Of a stretch of DNA of 64,000 bases, positions 55,796 to 64,000 are shown piece by piece (the stretch's first letter is position 1; every line of letters begins with the position of its first letter). The notes beneath the pieces were generated by a model. That model was not told the origin of the DNA. It ran no database searches and worked only from the letters and a program-made list of their open reading frames with translations. A program made the translations under genes and the position numbers. The stretch lies in NCBI GenBank assembly GCA_963817385.1, contig CAWFOM010000001.1, positions 32,001 to 96,000 of the forward strand. The letters are read 5' to 3'. Source of the stretch: an uncultured delta proteobacterium. GTDB lineage: Bacteria > Desulfobacterota > Syntrophia > Syntrophales > UBA5619.

Positions 55796-56275
55796 TTGCA
55801 GGAGGCACACAAATCCGTGAAAAATACATACGAACGCATTACCGCAATGATCACCTTCCTGGGGGGAATATGGATCATGTATTACGCCTGGCAGACGCTG
55901 AAACTCGGCTCGATCCATGTGCCCGATGCCGGCTTTCTGCCGTTTCTGTGCGGGGCTGGCCTGGCCATTCTCGGCATCGTCTGGACTCTCATCCTCCAAT
56001 GGACAAAAGAACAGGAAAATGAAGGTCCCGCGGAGAAGCGCCTCTGGCAACGGCCGCTCTTATCCCTGGTCCTCATGGTGCTCTACGGCTGGGCAATGGA
56101 GACCGTCGGCTACATCACCTCGACGCTTATCTTCATGGTTGCCTGGCAGCAGATTATTGAACGCGAAAAGTGGCTTAAAACGATCATCATCTCGCTGCTG
56201 GGGACGCTCACGATGTACGCCCTTTTCGTCTACCTCCTGAAGGTGCCCATCCCGCCGGAATTTTTTATCAGATAA
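55796..56275 (+). CDS. tctB: Tripartite tricarboxylate transporter small subunit
   Basis: PDAGFLP, 4 TM segments, LKVPIP. Confidence 0.85.
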   Translation: MQEAHKSVKNTYERITAMITFLGGIWIMYYAWQTLKLGSIHVPDAGFLPFLCGAGLAILGIVWTLILQWTKEQENEGPAEKRLWQRPLLSLVLMVLYGWAMETVGYITSTLIFMVAWQQIIEREKWLKTIIISLLGTLTMYALFVYLLKVPIPPEFFIR

Positions 56276-56285
56276 AGGAAATACC

Positions 56286-57782
56286 ATGGATATTTTTGCC
56301 GGCCTGCTCAACGGTTTCTCCATCGCTCTTACGGGAACAAATATCCTGTTTTGCTTCATCGGGGCCATCATCGGCACGGCGATCGGCGTCCTGCCCGGTC
56401 TGGGGCCCGCGGCCACGATTGCCCTTTTGCTCCCGATCACCTACGTCATCGGTTCCCCGGTGACGGCGGTCATCATGATGGCGGGCATCTACTACGGCGC
56501 AATGTACGGAGGATCGACCACCTCCATCCTGCTGAACCTCCCCGGCGAGGCGGCCTCCGTCGTCACCTGCATCGACGGCTATCAGATGGCCAAGAAAGGA
56601 CGGGCGGGTGCGGCCCTGGGGATCGCTGCGATCGGATCGTTTATCGCCGGAACGATCGCCGTCGTGGGACTTACCTTCTTCGCCCCGCCGCTGGCCGAAT
56701 TCGCCCTCGATTTCGGCCCCCCCGAATATTTCGCCCTGACGACGCTGGGGCTCCTCCTCGCCGTGACCCTCTCCGGCGGCTCGATCGTCAAGGGGCTGAT
56801 CATCCTCTTCGTCGGACTCCTCCTGGCTATGGTGGGTCTCGACCCGATCTCCGGCAAGATCCGCTTCACCTTCGGAAGCATCGGTCTCCAGGGCGGGTTC
56901 GACTTCGTGACCCTGGCGATGGGGGTCTTCGGCCTCGGCGAGATCCTCTACAACCTGGAATCGACGTTGAAGACGGAAATCGTGACGACGAAGATCGGGA
57001 AGGTCTTCCCGACTCTCAAGGATTGGGCGGATTCCAGGTGGGCGATCTTCCGGGGCTCCGTCATCGGCTTTTTCGTCGGGATCATCCCCGGCGGCGGCGC
57101 CGTCATCTCGTCGCTCGCCTCCTATGCCGTCGAAAAGAAGTATTCCCGGCATCCGGAGGAGTTCGGGCTGGGGGCGATCGAAGGGGTGGCCGGACCGGAG
57201 TCGGCGAATAACGCCGCTTCGAGCTCGTCGTTTATCCCGCTCCTCACCCTGGGCATCCCGGGAAACGCCGCAATCGCCATGATCTTCGCGGCCCTGATGA
57301 TCCAGGGGATCACCCCGGGACCCTTCCTCGTCGCGGAGCATCCGGACGTTTTCTGGGGGGTCATCGCCTCGATGTACATCGGAAACGTGATGCTCCTGGT
57401 ATTGAATCTCCCGATGGTGGGCATCTGGGTGCAGATGCTCCGCGTCCCCTACGGCATCCTCGCCCCGGTAATTGTCCTGTTCACAACGGTCGGCGTCTAC
57501 AGCGTCCAGAACCAGGTCTTCGACATCTATTCGATGCTGTTCTTCGCCGCCCTCGGCTATCTGATGCGAAAACTGGACTTCGATCCGGCCCCGCTGCCGC
57601 TCGCCTTCGTCCTGGGTCCCATGGTCGAGCGTTCGCTTCGGCAGTCGCTTTTGATCTCCGGCGGCGACTTGACCATCTTCGTCTCCCGCCCGATCTCGGG
57701 AACGCTGGTCGCCGTCTTCGTTCTCCTCGTCGTGGGACAGACGATCTTTTATGTAAAACGGAAATGGAGGCGCGAGGGATAA
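56286..57782 (+). CDS. tctA: Tripartite tricarboxylate transporter permease
   Basis: GVLPGLG, YGGSTTSIL, PESANNA, LTLGIPG. Confidence 0.93.
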   Translation: MDIFAGLLNGFSIALTGTNILFCFIGAIIGTAIGVLPGLGPAATIALLLPITYVIGSPVTAVIMMAGIYYGAMYGGSTTSILLNLPGEAASVVTCIDGYQMAKKGRAGAALGIAAIGSFIAGTIAVVGLTFFAPPLAEFALDFGPPEYFALTTLGLLLAVTLSGGSIVKGLIILFVGLLLAMVGLDPISGKIRFTFGSIGLQGGFDFVTLAMGVFGLGEILYNLESTLKTEIVTTKIGKVFPTLKDWADSRWAIFRGSVIGFFVGIIPGGGAVISSLASYAVEKKYSRHPEEFGLGAIEGVAGPESANNAASSSSFIPLLTLGIPGNAAIAMIFAALMIQGITPGPFLVAEHPDVFWGVIASMYIGNVMLLVLNLPMVGIWVQMLRVPYGILAPVIVLFTTVGVYSVQNQVFDIYSMLFFAALGYLMRKLDFDPAPLPLAFVLGPMVERSLRQSLLISGGDLTIFVSRPISGTLVAVFVLLVVGQTIFYVKRKWRREG

Positions 57783-57855
57783 TCTGCATATAACGGAATA
57801 ATCGGATACGAATAGAGAAGGAGTTCCATTAACCCACTTACAAAGGAGGTACACC

Positions 57856-58837
57856 ATGACTCGCATGCGTAAAGTCAACCTGTTTCTGACCCTCGCGCTC
57901 GTCGCCATGCTGGCGTTCAGCGACCTGTGCTTCGGCGCCGAGCAATACCCGACCAAGCCGATCCAGGTGATCGTGCCCTTTGCCGCCGGCGGCTCCAGCG
58001 ATCTCACGGCCCGAACCGTGGAAAAGTTCTGGACGAAGTACAGCCCCCAGCCGATGCTCGTCGTCAACAAGCCCGGGGCGGGCGGCGTCCTGGGCGAGGA
58101 ATTCGTCGTCCGCTCCAAACCGGACGGCTACACCATCTATGTCGGACAGGGCTCCGGCCATGACGTGGTCATGCCGCACCTGCAGAAGATGCCCTTCGAC
58201 CCTCTGAAGGACATCACTCCCGGTCGCGAGGCTTTCGATCCACTCGATCTTGATCTGCGTGAGCGGTAAATCCCCGATCAACTCGATGAAGGACCTGATC
58301 GAGTATGCGAAGAAGGGAAACAAGGTTACCGCCGCCGTCTCCACCGCCGCCGGCTCCGTGGATCTCGTTATGAGGGCCATCTCCAAGCGGGCCAATATCC
58401 CGATCACCACCGTGCCCTTCGCCGGCGGCGCCGAATCAACCACCGCCCTGGCGGGCGGTCACCTCACGATCGGCGGCGGCCACCCCTCCGAGGTGATGCC
58501 GCACCTCAAGGCCGGCCGGTTCAAGGCGATCGGCGTGGCCCTCGACAAGCGCGACCCCGTCCTGCCGAAGGTCCCGACCCTTAAGGAACAGGGAATCGAT
58601 GTCGCCACCTGGGGCTCGGTGAAGGGTGTCGCCGTCCCGAACGGCACTCCGCCCGAGATCATCGAATACATCGCCTCGACCCTGAAGAAGATCAGCGAAA
58701 ACCCGGAATACAAGAAAGCCATGGCCTCGATCTACCAGCCGATCGATTACCTGGGCACGAAAGAGTGGGCCGCCTTCCTGCAGAGGGAGTATAAGGACTA
58801 CGGCGACTTGATCAAGGAGTTGGACATCAAGATCTGA
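57856..58837 (+). CDS. tctC: Tripartite tricarboxylate transporter substrate-binding protein (frameshift near 58220)
   Basis: YPTKPIQVIVPFAAGGSSD, NKPGAGG, VPTLKEQG. Confidence 0.9.
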
Positions 58838-58862
58838 CGCCTACGGTTGATCAGCTACAGCG

Positions 58863-58897
58863 AAAGAGGCGCCCCGGTTCTCCGGCGGCGCCTCTTC
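58863..58897 (+). terminator. Rho-independent terminator-like hairpin
   Basis: AAGAGGCGCC-CCGGTTCTCCGGC-GGCGCCTCTT. Confidence 0.65.
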
Positions 58898-59291
58898 ATA
58901 TTCCATGCATTTTTCAAGATCATCCCGCCTTTTCCAGACGCTCCGCCACCCAAACCAACATTTCCCCGAAAAACCTGCCCGACCCGCCTAATCGCCGAAA
59001 TCGACAACTCCCCTACAGTCTTTTTTTAGATTATTTGCGCTGTCATGTCCGCGCAACCGGAATCAAAACCTATCGAGGCACAACGGGTTGTGACAAAATC
59101 TCCTTGACACACAAGACCCCTTTCCGTATCCTCACCGTACGCGAAAGCAAGTTCTTATCAATCAATGATAGTGATATCCCGTTCTTTAAGAGGCCGGGGC
59201 AAGCGGCTGCAAGGATGGGATAATAGGGCACCGCCGGGAAACCGGGCGACTAAATGAGAAATCAAATCAAAAGAGAGGAAGAACACGGATC

Positions 59292-59783
59292 ATGAAAAAG
59301 ACGTTAGGAACGATGGCAGCGATAATCGTGGCGGCTATGTTAATAGGAACTTTTATTACGGCGAAGTATGCCACAGCCGGGGAAACCGCCAGGGACGGTC
59401 GTTTCATCGCCTATAGCGATGGAACCGTCTCGGATACGTGGACGAAGCTGATGTGGGCCGCGAAGGACAATGGTAGCGACATAAACTGGGCGAACGCTAA
59501 GTCTTATTGCAAGAATTACCGCGGTGGCGGGTACAAAGACTGGCGGCTGCCGACACAGGATGAACTGGCGGGGTTGTATGATAGGACTAAGGAGTATTTC
59601 TCTCCCTGCGGACCTGACGTTCATTTAACTGAATTGATTCGTGTTACTTGTGCTTGGGCATGGGCATCGGACATGCGCGATGCCAAGGCTGCCTACTTCA
59701 ATTTGAGCGATGGCCATCGTCCTTTGGCTATCCCGTCGGGCACCACCGGCTTCCGGGTGCTTCCGGTGCGTTCCGGAAAATAG
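59292..59783 (+). CDS. DUF1566 (Lcl C-terminal, C-type lectin fold) secreted protein
   Basis: DGTVSD..TKLMW, W..A..YC, DWRLPT..EL, W.S, C-terminal RVLPVR. Confidence 0.88.
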   Translation: MKKTLGTMAAIIVAAMLIGTFITAKYATAGETARDGRFIAYSDGTVSDTWTKLMWAAKDNGSDINWANAKSYCKNYRGGGYKDWRLPTQDELAGLYDRTKEYFSPCGPDVHLTELIRVTCAWAWASDMRDAKAAYFNLSDGHRPLAIPSGTTGFRVLPVRSGK

Positions 59784-59871
59784 ACAATTTGGTTATTTGG
59801 TTATTTGCCGCCTTCTCCGGACACTCCGCACCCGGACCTTGATGAGAGATTGTCGGGAATACCTGCCCCGT

Positions 59872-61206
59872 TCAGATCTCGCGCCGGAGCGCCTGGGCGG
59901 CGATGTGGATCGGATCCCAGGAGCCGCCGAACGGCGGGGAATAGGCCAGATCCAGCCAGCCGACATCGTCGAGACCCAGCCCCGCCCAGATGGCGCAGGC
60001 AAGGGTGTTGATCCGGCTTACCGCCCCCATCTCCCCGACCGCCTGCGCGCCGAGGAGCTTCCCCGTCGTCCTGTCGGCAATCAGCTTGAGCCCCAGTTTT
60101 TTGTTTCCCGGCATGGAACGGGCGGTGGAGCTCCCCCAGATCAGCGTGCTCGCCGGATGGAAGCCGCTCTGGAGGGCTTCCCGCTCGTCGAGCCCGGTCG
60201 CCGCAACTTCCAGATCGAAGAGCTTGAAGCACTGCGACCCCACGACCCCCGGAAAGATCATCTTCCCGCCGCCGATGTTCGCCCCGGCGACGCGCCCCTG
60301 CTTGTTGGCGATGTCGCCCAGGGGAATATTCACCCATTGGCCGCTCACCCGGTGGAACGATTCCGCGCAGTCGCCCACCGCGTAGACCCCCTCCTGCGGG
60401 GTCCGCTGGGAGAAGTTCACCCGGATCGCCCCGCTTTTTCCCAGCGGGAGTTCCATCTGCCGGGCCAGCTCCGTGGCGGGCCTGATCCCCACGGCCATCA
60501 GAATCATGTCCGCCTCCTCCTCGCCGCGGTTCGTGACCAGGCGCAGACGGTGCTCTCTTCCCTCCTCCACCGACCGCGTTTCGACGTCGGTGACGAACCC
60601 CACCTGATGCCGCCCGAGCTCCTCCAGGATCACTTTCCCGAATTCGGGATCCCAACGGTTCACGGGGAGTTTCGCCCGGTGGAAGACCTGCGTCTCGATC
60701 CCGAGGTTCCTGATGGCCTCGCTCATCTCCATCCCGATGAAACCGGCCCCGACGATGATCGCCTTTCGGCAGGCACGATCCCGGAGCCAGGCCTTCATCC
60801 GGACGGCGTCGGTCAATCTCTTCAGCGTAAAGACCCCTTCCCGCTCCTCCCCGGGGATCCCCGGCATGAGCGGCTTCGTCCCCGTCCCCAGGACGAGGGT
60901 ATCATAGGGCAGGGCCTCGCCGCCGGCCAGCCGGACCAGCCTTTTCCCCGGATCGATCTCCTCCACGCGGGTATCGATCCGGACATCGATCCCCGACTCC
61001 CGGAACTTTTCCGGCGTCCGCGCGATCAGGTCTTTCTCATTTTTGATTACATCGCCGATGTAATAGGGCATCGGTCAGGCGGCAACGGATACCTGAGAAC
61101 CTTGCTCGATCATGACGATCGCAAGCGACGGGTCCTGCCGCTTCGCCTCGGCGGCCGCGGAGGCGCCTCCGGCCCCCGCCCCGATGATCACGACATGTGC
61201 TCCCAT
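59872..61206 (-). CDS. CoA-disulfide reductase / NADH oxidase family selenoprotein (Sec44)
   Basis: MGAHVVIIGAGAGG..VSVAA-TGA-PMPYYIG in one frame; TGA sits at the catalytic Cys position; SECIS-like hairpin; YSPPF. Confidence 0.87.
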
Positions 61207-61244
61207 ACCGACTCCTTTCTTGGGAAAAAGCGGGTCCCCGCCCT

Positions 61245-62084
61245 TCAGGCCCGGGTCGCAAAACGGCGGACAACGTAAACCACGGCGCCGGCCGCGATCA
61301 TCGCGAAGCAGAGGAGCTGACCCATGCTGAAGGGGCCGAGGACGAAACCCAGTTGCGCGTCCGGCTCCCGGAAGAACTCGATGACAAACCGGATAACGCC
61401 GTAGCCGATCAGGTAGAAGGCGAACAAGGCGCCATCGAAGGGGCTCTTCCGCCGGATCAGCCAGAGGATGGCGAACAGGACGATCCCTTCGAAGAATGCC
61501 TCGTAGAGCTGGGAGGGGTGGCGCAGCAAGTGGAGCGGATCGTTCGGAAAGACCATCCCCCAGGGAACGGTGGTGGCCCGTCCGTAGAGCTCGCCGTTGA
61601 TGAAATTGCCGATCCTTCCGAAGGTGTAGCCGAGCGGGATCGCCGGGCAGATGAGATCGGCGAAGCGCCAGAAGGCGATCTTCCGCCGCCGGCAGAAGAT
61701 GACGCTGGCAACGAGGATGGCGATCACCCCTCCGTGGAAGGACATCCCGCTGATCCCGATGAAGTGAAAACCGCCCGAGAATTCAAAGGGAAAGATGATC
61801 TCCAGCGGGTGCTTAAGGTAGTATCCCCAGTTGTAGAAAAAGACATAGCCGAAGCGGCCGCCCAGGATCACCCCGAGGATCGCCCAGACGAAATAGTCCT
61901 GGATCTGATCCGCCGTGTAGGGGTACCCCTCCCGTCGAATCCGGTGCATGACAAGGAAATAGGTGGTCGCGAACGCGGCCAGGTACATCAGGCTGTAGTA
62001 GCGCAGCGGAAACGACCCGATCTCGAAGAGATTCGGGCTCATCTGCGCCGGGATATTCCGCCAGATCGAGATAAGATCCTGCAT
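61245..62084 (-). CDS. lgt: Prolipoprotein diacylglyceryl transferase
   Basis: GGRFGY, GMSFHGG, GRIGNFINGELYGR, RHPSQLYE. Confidence 0.95.
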   Translation of the reverse strand: MQDLISIWRNIPAQMSPNLFEIGSFPLRYYSLMYLAAFATTYFLVMHRIRREGYPYTADQIQDYFVWAILGVILGGRFGYVFFYNWGYYLKHPLEIIFPFEFSGGFHFIGISGMSFHGGVIAILVASVIFCRRRKIAFWRFADLICPAIPLGYTFGRIGNFINGELYGRATTVPWGMVFPNDPLHLLRHPSQLYEAFFEGIVLFAILWLIRRKSPFDGALFAFYLIGYGVIRFVIEFFREPDAQLGFVLGPFSMGQLLCFAMIAAGAVVYVVRRFATRA

Positions 62085-63049
62085 CAGTAGGCTTCCCCTT
62101 TCATCTCTTCGATGAAGAGCTGGGCGGAAACGGCCGCCGTCGCCCCGTCGCCGCAGGCGGTGACGACCTGGCGGAGACGCTTGGCCGTACAGTCCCCGCA
62201 GGCGAAGATCCCGGGGATCGATGTCTGCATATTCGCATCAACCAGAGCGTAGCCGCCCCGATCCAGAGCGATCAGCTCCCGGAAGGCGGCGGTATTGGGG
62301 GTGAGGCCGACGAAGACGAAGACCCCGTCGGCGGGAAGCTCCCGCTCTCCGCCCGTCTTGAGATCCTTCAGCCGGATCCACTGGACGAGATCGAGACCTT
62401 CGATCGACTCGACGACGGAGTTCCAGGCAAAGGCGATCTTCTCGTTGGCGAAGGCCCGCTTCTGGAGAATCCCCGTGGCCCGGAGCCGATCCCGCCGGTG
62501 GATGACCGTCACCTTCTTCGCGAAGCGGGTGAGGTAGATCGCCTCCTGGATGGCCGTATCGCCCCCGCCGACAACCGCGACCTCCCGGTTCCGGTAGAAG
62601 GGGCCGTCGCAGGTGGCGCAGAAGGAGACCCCTTTCCCGATGAACCGCTCCTCGCCCGGAACGCCGAGACGCCGCCAGGTCGCCCCCGTGGCGATGATCA
62701 CGGCGAGCGCCCCGTAGCGCATCGCACCGGCGGCGATCTCCCAGCCGTCCTGCCCGCCCCACCGTTTTTTCGTCACCGCCGTCACGTCGCCGGAGGCGGT
62801 CTGCAGACCGAACTGGACGGCCTGCGTCTTGAGACGTTCGGCGAGATCGAAGCCGTTGATCCCCTCCGGGATTCCCGGGTAGTTCTCGATGACATCGGTG
62901 ACGGTGACCTGACTCACCGTCGATGCGCCCGCGATTGCGAGCACCCGGAGATTCGCCCGGGCGGCGTACATCCCGGCGGTGAGCCCCGCCGGTCCGCCGC
63001 CGATGATGACGATGTCGTAGGGTGAATGGGAAGCCGATTCTTCGGTCAT
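62084..63049 (-). CDS. trxB: Thioredoxin reductase
   Basis: GGGPAG, ENYPG, CATCDG, GGGDTA, HRRD. Confidence 0.95.
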   Translation of the reverse strand: MTEESASHSPYDIVIIGGGPAGLTAGMYAARANLRVLAIAGASTVSQVTVTDVIENYPGIPEGINGFDLAERLKTQAVQFGLQTASGDVTAVTKKRWGGQDGWEIAAGAMRYGALAVIIATGATWRRLGVPGEERFIGKGVSFCATCDGPFYRNREVAVVGGGDTAIQEAIYLTRFAKKVTVIHRRDRLRATGILQKRAFANEKIAFAWNSVVESIEGLDLVQWIRLKDLKTGGERELPADGVFVFVGLTPNTAAFRELIALDRGGYALVDANMQTSIPGIFACGDCTAKRLRQVVTACGDGATAAVSAQLFIEEMKGEAY

Positions 63050-63353
63050 GACCGTTTTCTCCTTGTATCCGTCTCTCTCGGGAATGGTGCCCGCATAAAA
63101 AGCCATCCGCGCGGCGCGGTCCGGCAGGAATGATTCCGCCCCGGCCAGCCCCTATTTAATCGACAAACCGGCCTTTTGTAAAGAGCTAAATGGGTGCTCA
63201 CCGGGTGCGGCTACCTCCCCTCACCCAGCCCCCGGAGGCGATTGTTCAAAGCGAGTTGCCGTTCCTTGCTTGACACGGCATCCCGGATTGCCTATAGTGC
63301 ATCCGCTTCCATACACACTCACGGTTATCCGCCCAACAAACGGGGAGTAACGC

Positions 63354-64000
63354 ATGCCGGACAATCCGCTGCACCTGCTTTTGCACCCGCGATCCATCGC
63401 CACTGCCGGCGCCAGCAACAATCCGATGAAAATGGGGACCCTGCAGGCCCTCTCCATCTTGAAGGACGGCTGGCAGGGAACGTTCTATCCCATCCACCCC
63501 ACGGAAAAGATCGTCCTGGGACACCGGGCCTACGCCTCGCCGCTGGATCTGCCCGAGACCCCGGACCTTGCCCTGCTCGTCGTGCCCACGGCCGCGGTCG
63601 TCCCCCTCCTCGAAGATTTCGCCGCAATCGGGACGAAGCGGGCCATCGTCATCAGCGCCGGATTCCGGGAGGCCGGCGACGAAGGACGGCGATTGCAGGA
63701 GCGGATCAAGGAGATCTGCGCGGCCTCCGGGATGCGCGTGTTGGGCCCCAACTGCATGGGGATCGTAAACACGGCGATCTCCCTGAACGTAACCGTCGCC
63801 GCGATGGAGAGCAGGCCGGGCAGTCTCGGCCTCGCCTCCCAGAGCGGCACCTACATTACCCAGACGCTCGCCTACCTCAGGGAGCGGGGGATCCGATTCA
63901 GCAAGGCGGTCAGTTGCGGGAACGAGGCCGACATCGACATCATCGACGCCCTCGAATACCTGGGCGCGGACGAACAGACCAAGGCGATCATCCTCTACAT
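63354..64000 (+). CDS. CoA-binding acyl-CoA synthetase alpha subunit, partial
   Basis: MPDNPLHLLLHPRSIATAGASNNPMKMG..GPNCMG..SQSG..GNEAD; runs off the window end. Confidence 0.85.
   Translation, partial: MPDNPLHLLLHPRSIATAGASNNPMKMGTLQALSILKDGWQGTFYPIHPTEKIVLGHRAYASPLDLPETPDLALLVVPTAAVVPLLEDFAAIGTKRAIVISAGFREAGDEGRRLQERIKEICAASGMRVLGPNCMGIVNTAISLNVTVAAMESRPGSLGLASQSGTYITQTLAYLRERGIRFSKAVSCGNEADIDIIDALEYLGADEQTKAIILY

Noticed and set aside
8341..58837. Numerous frameshifts (HAD, nnr, pgi, radical SAM, btrH, PAS-LuxR, oxidase, KS, ABC, hcp, glk, tctC) as pseudogenes or programmed frameshifting
   Set aside because: They are scattered single-base indels in otherwise intact housekeeping genes with almost no nonsense codons, which is typical of long-read consensus error.

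Overview
GC-rich bacterial chromosomal window. Gene content suggests an anaerobic Desulfobacterota/Syntrophales-type organism. Many genes carry 1-bp frameshifts, which look like long-read assembly errors. Most of the window is metabolic: acyl-CoA carboxyltransferase, ADP-forming acyl-CoA ligases, a citrate-synthase-fold pair, PiT/DUF47, an acylating aldehyde dehydrogenase, ispB, dsbC, nnr, pgi, tkt, a darB/BtrH/ACP/KS/ABC lipid-pigment-like cluster, hcp, glk, a TctABC transporter, lgt and trxB. The outstanding anomaly is a sharply bounded 1.2 kb tract (20986-22204). It holds two pure A/T blocks (355 and 282 bp) flanking a GC-containing 13-bp-arm hairpin, then a G-retaining but C-depleted block with codon-like periodicity. 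This is the pattern expected from near-saturating, localized C-to-T/G-to-A hypermutation of a former gene, although an assembly artefact is not excluded. Other notable items: a duplicated convergent-gene junction carrying two different cargoes, a selenocysteine CoA-disulfide reductase missed by the ORF track, a DGR-target-like DUF1566 gene with a structured leader, a group II intron 5' remnant, a decayed MNT-HEPN pair, PEP-CTERM enhancer motifs and a MITE.
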